A DNA stretch of 64,000 nt from Candidatus Aegiribacteria sp. MLS_C (GTDB taxonomy: Bacteria > Fermentibacterota > Fermentibacteria > Fermentibacterales > JCC-6), in the NCBI GenBank assembly GCA_002030045.1, contig LQBI01000024.1, positions 202,848-266,847 of the forward strand, written 5' to 3'. Below are positions 28,313 through 37,985 of this stretch, in pieces. Every line of letters starts with the position of its first letter. Position 1 is the first letter of the stretch. Below the pieces are notes generated by a model. It was not told the DNA's origin, made no database searches, and saw nothing but the letters and a program-made list of their open reading frames with translations. Made by a program: the position numbers and the translations under genes.

Positions 28313-29455
28313 CCGTGTGTCTGTTGAACAATGATTCAGAAGGACCGCCCGATAGCAGCATGAAGCGGACGGCGCCAGGCGCCGCCGCTGATGCTGAGCG
28401 TTGACGAGATGGAAACGGCGGGTCAGGTCCGAATCAGTGTGAGATTCATGAGCCTTTTCCGGAACGGGATCGGGGACATCCTCGGATGATGTCTTCGATT
28501 CCATCCAGTCCCAGTACTCCTCCATATCGAAGTATTCTCTGCCTTCCGTCCAAGCAACGTCCTGTTCGACCAGCAGCGCTCCGATAAACCCGAACGCCGA
28601 TGCCTGATTGGGAAAAATCCTGATTGCTCTCTCCCTCCTGCGGATCTCCTGGTTCAATCTCTCAATTGAATTAGTCGTTCTGAGTCTCTTGCGGTACTTC
28701 TCCGGAAGAGCCATGACCGCAGGAGCATCATCAAGGCGCTCTTCGAGTTTCGATACAGCCTTCGGCGCTGTTATTCCAAACCTGTCGAAAACATCACCGG
28801 CAAGCTCCCTGGCCGTCTCCTCGTCCGGAGCATCGAAGACAGGGCGTATCCTGTTCTTGAGCTCCTTCTTACGACGCTTGGGCGCGCTGTCCAGAATGTT
28901 CTTCATCAGGTGTGTCTGACAAGCCGCCAGCTGCTTCCGGGCAGCTGACTCCTTATGGCTTTTACAAGGCCTGCGTGGTTGTCTGACACAACAGGGTCCG
29001 CTCCGCTGAGACTTCTGCCGACAAGCCACCTCAGGAACTCCTCCCAGGATACCTCGCTCTTCGGGAACTCCATCCCCCGCATCTCCTCAACGACCTCCTC
29101 ACCCTGAGGGTGCTTACCCCGTTGATCACCATCTCGATAATGGCCAGCAGGAAGGCCTGCTCGCTGCGCTGAAGCCTGCAGAACGTCTCCGTATCGAACT
29201 GGCCGTCACGAAGCCGTGGCACCTGCAGCTCCAGCCTGCCGAACCCGGTCTTGATAAACCTCGACCGGTAACCACTCCTGTAGGCCGTTAGGCTCTCAGA
29301 ACGCTTGTGCTTCACAGCCCCGACCTGTTAAGCCGCCTGCTGGTCAAGGACCTGATTGGCCACCTTCTCCATCAGCCGGCCGACTCCTTCGTCGGAACTG
29401 AACAGGCCTTGCACATCTTCCGAATCAAGTGTAATGTTGTATTGGGTCATCGGAC
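28307..29455 (-). mobile_element. IS256-family transposase gene, disrupted into three frames (frameshifted or pseudogenised).
   Basis: N-terminal MTQYNITLDSEDVQGLFS, middle YRSGYRSRFIKTGFGRLELQVPRLRDGQF...GVSTLRV, and C-terminal TNSIERLNQEIRRRERAIRIFPN. The pieces are ORFs 29328..29576, 29031..29315 and 28307..29029. Confidence 0.7.
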
Positions 29456-29799
29456 ATCCCTTCCTAGTTGGTAGAACAAAGTAGGAGCAATAAGGGATTA
29501 GGGTGACCCATTCCTCCTTCCTGGGCAACCCCGGGGAAAGTGCACACCATATCGGATACAACCTTGGCGGCATCATTCTTCATGATTTTCAATGCATTGT
29601 TCTCAAAACAATGAAGGGGTCTGACAACCGCATCGACTCGGACAGGCAATTCCGCTGCGCTCCATTTCCAGACGGTTATGCGAAGCGTTGTCTTCAGAAA
29701 GGAATACTAGCATATAGCGTTATGCGTTATCGCACGTACTCATGATACGCAGCTTCAAGTGCCGGGAAACCGAACAACTATTCAATCGGGAAAGACCTG

Positions 29800-30762
29800 T
29801 CAGAGGAACTTGTCCCTGAGCTTCTCCAGCATGTCGGCTGTCATCGAGTCCAGGTCCCATTCAGGCTTCCAGCCCCACTCTTCGCGTGCGGCGCTGTCGT
29901 CCACGCTCATGGGCCAGGTGTCGGCGATGGCCTGGCGGTAGTCCGGCTCGTAATCCACGCTGAAACCGGGTATGTGCTTCCTTATGCTGCCGGCTATGTC
30001 GCCTGCGGTTACCGACAGGGCTCCAACGTTGAAGTCGCTGTGGTGAACCAGTGAGCCGAAATCCGCCTCTGCAAGGTCCAGGGTGGCCTTGATGCAGTCG
30101 GGCATGTACATCATGGGGAGCATGGTGTCTTCCCTGACGAAACAGGTGTAGCGTCCCTCCTGGACCGCCTTGTAGTAGATGTCCACCGCGTAGTCAGTGG
30201 TGCCTCCGCCGGGAAGCGTCTCCGAGGAGATGATGCCGGGGTACCGGAGCCCTCTGACGTCGAGGCCGTACTTCCTGACGTAGTAGTCGCAGACCAGCTC
30301 CCCGGATACCTTGGTTACCCCGTACATGGTCTTGGGGCGGAGCACGGTCTCCTGCGGAGTATCCTTCCTGGGTGTCTCCGGTCCGAAGGCTGCTATCGAA
30401 CTGGGTATTATGACCCTGCTTATTTCGTGCTTCCGGGCGGCTTCCAGAACGTTGATGGTACCGTCCATGTTGACCTTCCAGCAGAGCTGGGGGTTCTGCT
30501 CACCGGTGGCGGAGAGTATCGCGGCCATGTGGAATACGGCGTCGATGTCCAGTTCGATGACGGTTTTCTCCACCGCATCGGCGTCCGTGACATCCAGCAG
30601 TGTCCAGGGCCCCCCCTCCATCACAGTGCTGTCCTTAACCGTCTTGATGTCGGAAGCTATAACGTTGTCCCTGCCGTAGCGGTCTCGGAGTTCAGCAGTC
30701 AGTTCCGAGCCTATCTGGCCCAGGGCGCCGGTAACCAGTATCCTCTTGAAGTCCTTGGTCAT
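29800..30762 (-). CDS. tdh: NAD-dependent epimerase/dehydratase family protein; probable SDR-type L-threonine 3-dehydrogenase.
   Basis: ILVTGALGQIGSEL Rossmann motif typical of SDR-type TDH. 320 aa. YxxxK present (YGVTK). Confidence 0.55.
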   Translation of the reverse strand: MTKDFKRILVTGALGQIGSELTAELRDRYGRDNVIASDIKTVKDSTVMEGGPWTLLDVTDADAVEKTVIELDIDAVFHMAAILSATGEQNPQLCWKVNMDGTINVLEAARKHEISRVIIPSSIAAFGPETPRKDTPQETVLRPKTMYGVTKVSGELVCDYYVRKYGLDVRGLRYPGIISSETLPGGGTTDYAVDIYYKAVQEGRYTCFVREDTMLPMMYMPDCIKATLDLAEADFGSLVHHSDFNVGALSVTAGDIAGSIRKHIPGFSVDYEPDYRQAIADTWPMSVDDSAAREEWGWKPEWDLDSMTADMLEKLRDKFL

Positions 30763-30840
30763 GGCTGGCCTTTCGGGGAAGCTATTGTCAGTTTTCCATC
30801 AGCCTGGAAATTACCAAATCGGAAAGCCCGCTGCAAGGTG

Positions 30841-32517
30841 TCAGCGGTGTATCGGCACCACGCCTTTGATGACCGTGCCCACGGTTATCCTGTCCAGGTA
30901 CTCGGTGTTCATGACCCTCCCGAAGGCCGTGTACCTCCCGTCCAGCCTCCCGTGAGAGTCCAGCATTATGAAGAACTGGCTTCCGGCGGTATTGAGCCCC
31001 GCATCGGCCATGCCAATCGTTCCCCTGGCGTAGTGGCTGGGACTTCTCTCGTTGGGAAGGCAGTAGCCGGGGCCTCCGGCACCGTTGCCCTCGGGGCAGC
31101 CGGCCTGCGCGACAAAACCGGGGATTACCCTGTGAAAAGCCACTCCATCGTAGAAACCCGTCTCCGCCAGATGGACGAAGTTCCTGCATGCCAGCGGGGC
31201 CGTTGCGGGCCACAGCTTGATGAGGTAGTCGCCGTCGGAGGTACTGAGCATCACCTTCTCGGGAATGGGGCTTTCTAGATCGAAGGGAAGCCGGTACCTC
31301 ACCCATACGTCCCCGTCCTCGGGAGCATCCGCTGCCCCCGTAAGGCTGTTGCGGAGGAATCCGGTGTACTCGTCTACGGCGAGCGTGTCCGAGTAGGTGT
31401 CTCTCTGTTCCTCTATCCTCGCGACGGCGGCCAGGGCCCCCGTGGTGTCAGCTGTATCGGTGAGATGCCAGGCCCACGAGACAGGGACCAGCCAGTAGGT
31501 ATCGGACATCCACTCCTCCTCCATCTCCGCCGTTACAGGAAGGGAATCGGACAGCCATGCGGTCTGGGCCGCGGCCCTTCTGCCCGGTTCCGCGTGCTCC
31601 ATGAGCTCCCTCAGCAGAAGACTGTCCTCTGCTCCCAGGTTCTCCGCCGCCATATGGCCCACGGGGCCATCTATAAGGGCGAGCTCCCGCAGCGTCGCAT
31701 TACCCGCCGGGTTGCCGGTCTCTTCGAGGCCGATGGCAGCCCTGAGCCTCACGAAAGGAACGGGGTCCCAGAGGAGCTGTTCCAGTGCCTCAGGATCGAC
31801 CCGTCCGGCGGCTGCGTACCGAACCGCCCAAAGCGGGTCCTGCATGAGTTCAGCTGCCTCCTCAGCAGGGGAGCAGGATGCGGCATATATACGCAGGAGC
31901 GGCGGGTCGATGATCTCCGTATAGAAGACCTCCTCCCTGCCTATCTCGACGAAGTACCTGGCCACGGCGGTCCGGCCCGCCCCGGCCAGACGGTCTGCAG
32001 TGAGTTCGCCAGTGGCGTCTATGCCCAGTCTGCCAAGGACCTGGAGGATGAGGGACCTTGATTCCCGCGGTACCTCGTCCCATACGGAAACCGCAAGTTG
32101 CAGTACAGCTTCCAGGTCCGGGACCTCTTCCTCCTCGGACAATGTGTGTAGAATTCGGCGCATGAAGGCGTCCAGAAGTCCGTGGTCGGCGGAGACGGCC
32201 ACAGGGTCCGGCTGGGTCCACTGATCGCCGTACTCGATCAGCAGCGGTGTCATTCCCGAAGAAAACGGTGTACCAATCATCGATGCAGCCCATACTATGG
32301 TGACCGAATCGGAGGGCTGCCGCCATATGAGGGACTGTACGAACTCACCGCCGTCCATCCATTCGGGCAGGTGGCCGCTCCTTGCCATGAAGACGAGTAC
32401 GTCCACGGGATTCTCCTCGAGAGCGGCCGAGAAGGAGACCGAATCAGGAGGCCGGGCCTCCGTGTACCAGCCGCCTGCGGAAGCCAGAAGCGCCAGGGCG
32501 ATGCATGGGCCGGTCAC
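30841..32517 (-). CDS. Secreted protein with a C-terminal cyclophilin-type peptidyl-prolyl isomerase domain and a long N-terminal extension.
   Basis: Signal peptide. C-terminal FHRVIPGFVAQAGCPEGNG...GTIGMADAGLNTAGSQFFI. Confidence 0.7.
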   Translation of the reverse strand: MTGPCIALALLASAGGWYTEARPPDSVSFSAALEENPVDVLVFMARSGHLPEWMDGGEFVQSLIWRQPSDSVTIVWAASMIGTPFSSGMTPLLIEYGDQWTQPDPVAVSADHGLLDAFMRRILHTLSEEEEVPDLEAVLQLAVSVWDEVPRESRSLILQVLGRLGIDATGELTADRLAGAGRTAVARYFVEIGREEVFYTEIIDPPLLRIYAASCSPAEEAAELMQDPLWAVRYAAAGRVDPEALEQLLWDPVPFVRLRAAIGLEETGNPAGNATLRELALIDGPVGHMAAENLGAEDSLLLRELMEHAEPGRRAAAQTAWLSDSLPVTAEMEEEWMSDTYWLVPVSWAWHLTDTADTTGALAAVARIEEQRDTYSDTLAVDEYTGFLRNSLTGAADAPEDGDVWVRYRLPFDLESPIPEKVMLSTSDGDYLIKLWPATAPLACRNFVHLAETGFYDGVAFHRVIPGFVAQAGCPEGNGAGGPGYCLPNERSPSHYARGTIGMADAGLNTAGSQFFIMLDSHGRLDGRYTAFGRVMNTEYLDRITVGTVIKGVVPIHR

Positions 32518-32816
32518 AGGTCCATGTCCTCGTCAGCGTATTCTTCGCAGTCGAGCTCCTGGCTCCTGTCGCATGAATCCAGATACTCGACTATCAGCTG
32601 TTCGGCCTTCTCACGATCCTCCTCCATGACCATCACGTATCCCCAGACAGGGTTCCAGACTTTCGCTATGCCGTCGTACATGGGTATCTGCCTGCTCCGT
32701 ATCGCGGCATCTATGCCCTGGCTCTCGAGGAAAGCCTGAATGGTGATTGCCTCAAGCTCGTTCCTGGCCTCCAGGACCGAGACCAGTCTGCTCCCTTCGC
32801 TACCGTTCTCTGTCAT
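32514..32816 (-). CDS. DUF2007-like small protein.
   Basis: 100 aa. Acidic C-terminus. ATGA overlap with the downstream gene. Weak family assignment. Confidence 0.35.
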   Translation of the reverse strand: MTENGSEGSRLVSVLEARNELEAITIQAFLESQGIDAAIRSRQIPMYDGIAKVWNPVWGYVMVMEEDREKAEQLIVEYLDSCDRSQELDCEEYADEDMDL

Positions 32817-32899
32817 GCGTCACCTCCGGCAGGAAAATAATGAAAATGGGGAGGGAGTGCACTTGACTTCACAGCCAAACGGTTAAGAATAGACTGTGG

Positions 32900-32985
32900 G
32901 AAGCGTATGCGAAGGGGTGCCCCGAAGGAGGGCTGAGAACAGACCCTAGGAACCTGATCTGGTTAGCACCAGCGGAGGGAGAACG
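32900..32985 (+). promoter_or_regulatory. TPP (THI-box) riboswitch in the thiC leader.
   Basis: GGGGUGCCCCGAAGGAGGGCUGAGA...ACCCUAGGAACCUGAUCUGGUUAGCACCAGCGGAGGGA matches the THI element core (CUGAGA, ACCUGAUCUGGUUAAUACCAGCGUAGGGA). Lies directly 5' of thiC. Confidence 0.85.
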
Positions 32986-32996
32986 GAAAAAGGACG

Positions 32997-34295
32997 ATGT
33001 ACACACTCATAGAAGCAGCGACTAAAGGGCAGTCGACGGATCTGGTCAGAAGAGTAGCCGAGCTGGAAGGGGTTCCGGAGGACCTGCTGGTACGTGGGCT
33101 TGCGGATGGTACACTGGTAATACCGGCAAACACCACCAGGGAGATCAGGAGACCGGTGGCCATTGGACGAGGTGTCACGGTCAAGATAAACGCCAACATA
33201 GGCAGTTCCGAGGACCTCGAGTCGATCGACAACGAGATCGAGAAGCTCATGGTAGCCGTCTCCCACGGAGCTCATACCGTGATGGACCTTTCCACCGGAC
33301 CCCGATGGCGGTCGATACTCACCAGGATACTCAAGAGGAGCCCCGTTCCCCTGGGAACGGTACCGCTTTACCAGATCTTCGGTGAAGCCATGAGAAGCGG
33401 CAGGGACGTGGCGGATGTCACCGAGGAGGAGATGTTCTCGGCGGTGGAGGACCACTGCCGTATGGGCGTCGATTACCTCACCCTGCACTGCGGAGTGACC
33501 AGGAGGGCGCTAGAACTGCTCAAGGCGCAGGGAAGGAAACTGGGTATCGTCTCCAGGGGCGGTTCTCTCCTGGCCGAGTGGATGAGCAAGAACCGCAGGG
33601 AGAACCCTTTCTACGAGCACTTCGACAGGCTTATCGAGATACTGCACGGATACGATGCAACATTCTCTCTGGGGGACGGGCTTCGGCCGGGATGCCTGGC
33701 GGATGCGTCCGACCATGCTCAGATAGAGGAGCTGATATCCCTGGGGGAACTCCAGCGCCGTTCCCACAGTGCCGGGGTCCAGGTGATGATAGAGGGTCCC
33801 GGACACGTTCCCATGGACAGGATCGAGGAAAACGTCAGGATGCAGAAGAGCCTCTGCAACGGAGCACCCTTCTACGTTCTCGGCCCCATAGTAACTGACA
33901 TAGCTCCCGGGTACGACCATATAACCTCCGCAATCGGTGGGGCCATGGCGGCATGGTTCGGCGCGGACTTCCTGTGCTACGTGACTCCCGCTGAGCATCT
34001 GAGGCTTCCCGATGCGGACGACGTCCGGGTAGGTGTTATCTCCGCCAGGATAGCGGCGCATGCCGCGGATATAGCCAGGGGTATTCCCGGCGCCAGGAAC
34101 TCCGACGACATGATGGCCGAGGCCAGGGAGAACTTCGACTGGGAGGCCCAGTACGGACTTGCAATGGATCCGGTCACCGCCCGTCGGGAAAGGGACGAGG
34201 CCCTTCCGTCGGACGGCGATGTCTGCTCCATGTGCGGACATCTGTGTGCTCTGAAGACTTCCAAGAGGGCTTTCGAGGATGATCGGGGGGAATGA
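32997..34295 (+). CDS. thiC: Phosphomethylpyrimidine synthase ThiC.
   Basis: Conserved ThiC core and a C-terminal CSMCGHLC cluster motif. Confidence 0.9.
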   Translation: MYTLIEAATKGQSTDLVRRVAELEGVPEDLLVRGLADGTLVIPANTTREIRRPVAIGRGVTVKINANIGSSEDLESIDNEIEKLMVAVSHGAHTVMDLSTGPRWRSILTRILKRSPVPLGTVPLYQIFGEAMRSGRDVADVTEEEMFSAVEDHCRMGVDYLTLHCGVTRRALELLKAQGRKLGIVSRGGSLLAEWMSKNRRENPFYEHFDRLIEILHGYDATFSLGDGLRPGCLADASDHAQIEELISLGELQRRSHSAGVQVMIEGPGHVPMDRIEENVRMQKSLCNGAPFYVLGPIVTDIAPGYDHITSAIGGAMAAWFGADFLCYVTPAEHLRLPDADDVRVGVISARIAAHAADIARGIPGARNSDDMMAEARENFDWEAQYGLAMDPVTARRERDEALPSDGDVCSMCGHLCALKTSKRAFEDDRGE

Positions 34296-34299
34296 GCTT

Positions 34300-35655
34300 A
34301 TGAGGAAGCCTGTAACCTTTGTCGCCGCAGCCGCGATAGCTTCACTGCTGGTAATAGTATCCGGGTGCGGCGGTAGCGATGAGAGAACCGGTCCGCCGGA
34401 CGTGGTGATGGTAATCGTTGATGCCGTAAGGACCGATCATCTTTCACTGAATGGATACCATCGTCCCACCACTCCGGTCATGGACAGTCTTGCCGGAGAA
34501 GGGAGCGTGTGGGGCAGGATGCAGGCCCAGAGCTGCTGGAACATGCCCGGAGTGGCATCAGTGCTTACCGGCCTGCCCCAGAGGTCGATTGCCGTCGGGT
34601 ATTCAGAAGACAGGCTTTACGGCATCGACCAGTCGCTGATGACCATTCCGAACATCCTGAAACGCAGTGCCCGGTACCAGACCGCCGGGTTCTTCAATTC
34701 AGGCGTCTTCGGTGAGGAATACGGGTTCCATATCGGATTCGACCACTTCGACAGCAGGGGCGTCCTGGGCAAGGACCAGCTCAGGGATGCCGGTCAGACC
34801 GTCTCGGATTTCCTGGAATGGTACGAAAGTGCCCGCGATGATGAAAGACCGCTGTTCGCTGTCATCCACTTCCAGGACCTGCATCTTCCCTACTCCCCGC
34901 CGGCGGGCTACGATGAACTCTACGCCGACCCCAAGTTCGACCCGCTCTTCAACTGCAGATGGGGACGCCGGAGCCAGGTGGATGACGTGAACTCGGGAAG
35001 GGTGGCACCTACTGCCGAGCAGCTGGGAATACTCATCGGTCTCTACGACGGTGAGCTCGAGTACGTGGACTCCTGCATTGGGACCCTGGTCCGGGCTCTG
35101 AGGGAACGCAACGCCGCGGAGAACACGGTCTTCCTGGTGGTAGGGTCCCACGGCGAGGAGTTCATGGACCACGGGTGTCTCGGTCATGGTCATACTCTTT
35201 TCCAGGAGCTTCTCAGCGTCCCGCTGGTGATGTGCGGACCGGGAATACCCTCGGAAGTGCAGTGGCAGGTGGCGGCCCATATGGACCTGCTCCCAACGGT
35301 CCTCGGGCTGGCCGGCCTGGAAGAACCCATGTGGGCGGAGGGCCGCGACCTTCTTTCCGATTCCTCCAGTTCCGACTCCAGGTACGTTCCTGCCGGCGGT
35401 CTGCTCTGGTCGGACAGGGACCTTCTAGCCCTCAGGTACGAGGAGAGAGTGATAATAGGCAATCCCGTTACCATGGAGGCATCACTGTACGACCTGGAGA
35501 CGGACCCCACGGAGACCTCTCCGATCACTCCCTCAAGGGATAGCAGGGACCAGCTCTACTATCACTGGTCAATACCTCCCAGGGGCGATCCACTGCCTGC
35601 AGGACCCGAGGGCGGTTCACCGGGAATGCTGAGGGACCTGGGCTATATCAATTGA
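34300..35655 (+). CDS. Sulfatase-like (alkaline-phosphatase superfamily) lipoprotein.
   Basis: Lipobox LLVIVSGC. Metal-site motif VVMVIVDAVRTDHL. No canonical CxPxR formylglycine motif. Confidence 0.6.
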   Translation: MRKPVTFVAAAAIASLLVIVSGCGGSDERTGPPDVVMVIVDAVRTDHLSLNGYHRPTTPVMDSLAGEGSVWGRMQAQSCWNMPGVASVLTGLPQRSIAVGYSEDRLYGIDQSLMTIPNILKRSARYQTAGFFNSGVFGEEYGFHIGFDHFDSRGVLGKDQLRDAGQTVSDFLEWYESARDDERPLFAVIHFQDLHLPYSPPAGYDELYADPKFDPLFNCRWGRRSQVDDVNSGRVAPTAEQLGILIGLYDGELEYVDSCIGTLVRALRERNAAENTVFLVVGSHGEEFMDHGCLGHGHTLFQELLSVPLVMCGPGIPSEVQWQVAAHMDLLPTVLGLAGLEEPMWAEGRDLLSDSSSSDSRYVPAGGLLWSDRDLLALRYEERVIIGNPVTMEASLYDLETDPTETSPITPSRDSRDQLYYHWSIPPRGDPLPAGPEGGSPGMLRDLGYIN

Positions 35656-35703
35656 GGCCTGCTTGATTGCGCGTCTCCGTGGTGCTATTATCCCTGGAAT
35701 GGA

Positions 35704-36039
35704 GTGGAGGTACGGTTGAAGCACCTTATGATACCCGCTTCCTGGAAGAGCGCTGCGGCCATGCGGAAGACCATCGAGGATAAGGAAAAGGAGAACTGGA
35801 GCGTCGTTGCCCTGGGCGACATATCCGGTGCCAACACGCTTATTCTCGCCGACGACGGCCACAGGTACGAACACCAGGTTATTCAGATATTCTGGAGCCT
35901 CAGGAGCAGGGTCCAGGACATCATCGCCGAGAAGCAGGAGGAGGGATGGAAGGTCGCCACTGTTGGAGCATGTCTGGGAAGCACCCTCATGATCCTGAAG
36001 AGGGTCGTGGATACAGCGGAGAAAGACCGGGAGTCCTAA
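35704..36039 (+). CDS. DUF4177-like small protein.
   Basis: Two ...EGWKVATVG / ENWSVVALG segments resembling the DUF4177 GWelv core. Confidence 0.3.
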   Translation: MEVRLKHLMIPASWKSAAAMRKTIEDKEKENWSVVALGDISGANTLILADDGHRYEHQVIQIFWSLRSRVQDIIAEKQEEGWKVATVGACLGSTLMILKRVVDTAEKDRES

Positions 36040-37274
36040 TCTGACCTTTCCCTCGATATCCTCAAAGGTACCATGAGAATGAGCATCATAACTCCGGCTG
36101 CGGCTATCATAGGTCCTATGCCTGTCCTGTCGGCGACGTAACCGAACAGAGGGGCCAGAACGGCCATCATAAGTGTCTTTGCCAGTGACTCCACTGACAG
36201 ACCTACCGACATCACCCTGTTGTGGACCATGTCGCTTATGAGGCTTACGCACAGCGGCCTCCTGAGGTTCTGCACGGCGTAGAGCGCAACGTATGCGATT
36301 ATCGTGACCGCGAAAAGGCCCAGTCCCTGGAACAGCCCGGCTGCTGCAACAAGCAGTGCGCCGGCGGCCCATGTTATATCCAGTGCTCTCCGCGGCCCCC
36401 TGAACCGCCTGCCGAAGCCTCCGGATCCTCTGGATACCGAGCTTGCGAGCAGGAAGAGCACCGAATAGACCGCACCCGCAAGTAGCGCGGTCCGCCTGTC
36501 CACGGCGAGGGCCGTGAGGAACGGCAATCCCAGAGCTGCAGCCCTCAAGACCGGCTGGAGATACTCCTTGAGAACCTTGAAGAATGAATCGAAGGCTGCG
36601 GAGTTCAGTATGCTCCTCCTTGCAGCGGGATCGCGGAGCATTCTGATGGAATGCCCAATGCTCTCCCTTATTCCGGGTCTTTTCTCCCCCCTGTCCAGAC
36701 CTGCCCAGTTCAGCCTGGATGGATACGACGCCAGGTTCAGCATGTTCAGAAGGCAGGGAAGCGCTGCGGCGATGAAAACGTACCTGTAACCGCCCGTGAA
36801 GAAGACCAGTGCGGCTGCGATCAGGGCGTTGAGCGAGGAGCCAAGCAGAGAAGCGGACCTGGTTGCTCCGTAGTAATCCGGTTTCCACTCCTCCTGGCCT
36901 GTTATTCTCAGGTACTCTAGGATCATCGCCTTGTGGGTGCCTGTCCTGAAGGCCTCGCCGCAGGCGAAGAGCACCATTGCCCCGGCGGCCGCAGCGTAAG
37001 ATCTGAAAAGGAAGAAGACCACGAAACTGACAATGTACGCCAGCATGGAGAAGACCATGGAGGTCTTCCTTCCACCGATATCGGCTACGAACCCCGTCGG
37101 GACCTCGAGGAGGACCGTGGAAAGCTCCCTGATGGAGAACAGCACGCCTATCTGCAGGAAGGTCAGGCCGATCTCCCTGAAATAGAGTATTATGAACGGT
37201 TCGAAGAACCTGAGGTTCTTCAGGAATCCGTACATGGAGAACCGGTAGAACTGCCGGTCCCTGAGAAAGCTCAA
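36036..37274 (-). CDS. MFS transporter.
   Basis: 12-TM topology. Motif-A-like GGRKTS loop between TM2 and TM3. Confidence 0.7.
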   Translation of the reverse strand: MSFLRDRQFYRFSMYGFLKNLRFFEPFIILYFREIGLTFLQIGVLFSIRELSTVLLEVPTGFVADIGGRKTSMVFSMLAYIVSFVVFFLFRSYAAAAGAMVLFACGEAFRTGTHKAMILEYLRITGQEEWKPDYYGATRSASLLGSSLNALIAAALVFFTGGYRYVFIAAALPCLLNMLNLASYPSRLNWAGLDRGEKRPGIRESIGHSIRMLRDPAARRSILNSAAFDSFFKVLKEYLQPVLRAAALGLPFLTALAVDRRTALLAGAVYSVLFLLASSVSRGSGGFGRRFRGPRRALDITWAAGALLVAAAGLFQGLGLFAVTIIAYVALYAVQNLRRPLCVSLISDMVHNRVMSVGLSVESLAKTLMMAVLAPLFGYVADRTGIGPMIAAAGVMMLILMVPLRISRERSD

Positions 37275-37286
37275 CCCCCGCTTTCC

Positions 37287-37937
37287 CTACCAGTCGAGGC
37301 CCAGGCCGGAGAAGAGGTCAGGTTCGCCATCCAGCTCCTTGCCCGCGGGTTCTGTCGGCATCATGTCCTCGGGACTACCCAGGATGTAGACCGCAGCAGG
37401 GGCTAACACCCAGTCGGTCTCCGGTATGGACCCCGTTATGCCTTTGACGCTCTCCGGCTTCATCAGGACGGTCTCCAGAGAGGTGCCGGTCATGATCTCC
37501 AACCTCTCAAGATCTTCCTGGAGCGAATCGGGAACATCTTCGGCGACGATCATCAACCGTGTCTTCCCGTGGCGTGTTTCCGCCGCGGATCCATCCACCA
37601 CGGCGACTTGAATACTGCGACGGTGATCCCTCAGAACAACCTCGAGGGCAGCACCTGTGTCCGTTACAGCTCTGAGCAGAGCTTCGAGTTCCCCTGCCGC
37701 CGGGCAGTCCTCCGCCAGACTGAACAGGACCCTGACACCTTCCCGTCTTCTGCTCACGAGCCCTGCGGAAACGAGGTTGCCGAGTTCGCGCTGAACGCCT
37801 CCCCTGCCCGTACGGAGCAGAGATACAAGTTCGAGCAGGTAGAAAGACGTGGAGGGATTGAAGAGGAAGACGGAAAGCAACTCCCTCCTGATCCTGCCGA
37901 AGAGGGCCTCGTCCACCGGTCTGCGGTCTTTACTCAT
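37287..37937 (-). CDS. Putative winged-helix transcriptional regulator.
   Basis: N-terminal wHTH-like YLLELVSLLRTGRGGVQRELGNLVSAGLV. 216 aa. Confidence 0.4.
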   Translation of the reverse strand: MSKDRRPVDEALFGRIRRELLSVFLFNPSTSFYLLELVSLLRTGRGGVQRELGNLVSAGLVSRRREGVRVLFSLAEDCPAAGELEALLRAVTDTGAALEVVLRDHRRSIQVAVVDGSAAETRHGKTRLMIVAEDVPDSLQEDLERLEIMTGTSLETVLMKPESVKGITGSIPETDWVLAPAAVYILGSPEDMMPTEPAGKELDGEPDLFSGLGLDW

Positions 37938-37985
37938 ATAGGGTATCTGTATAGAGGTCAGTGGCTTGTCAATAGGCCCGTTCCG

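Noticed and set aside
28307-29029. Long C-terminal extension of the IS256 transposase overlapping the permease 3' end.
   Set aside because: The extension beyond the conserved ...YFDMEEYW end has no homology. It probably reflects read-through of a degraded stop, not a real fusion.
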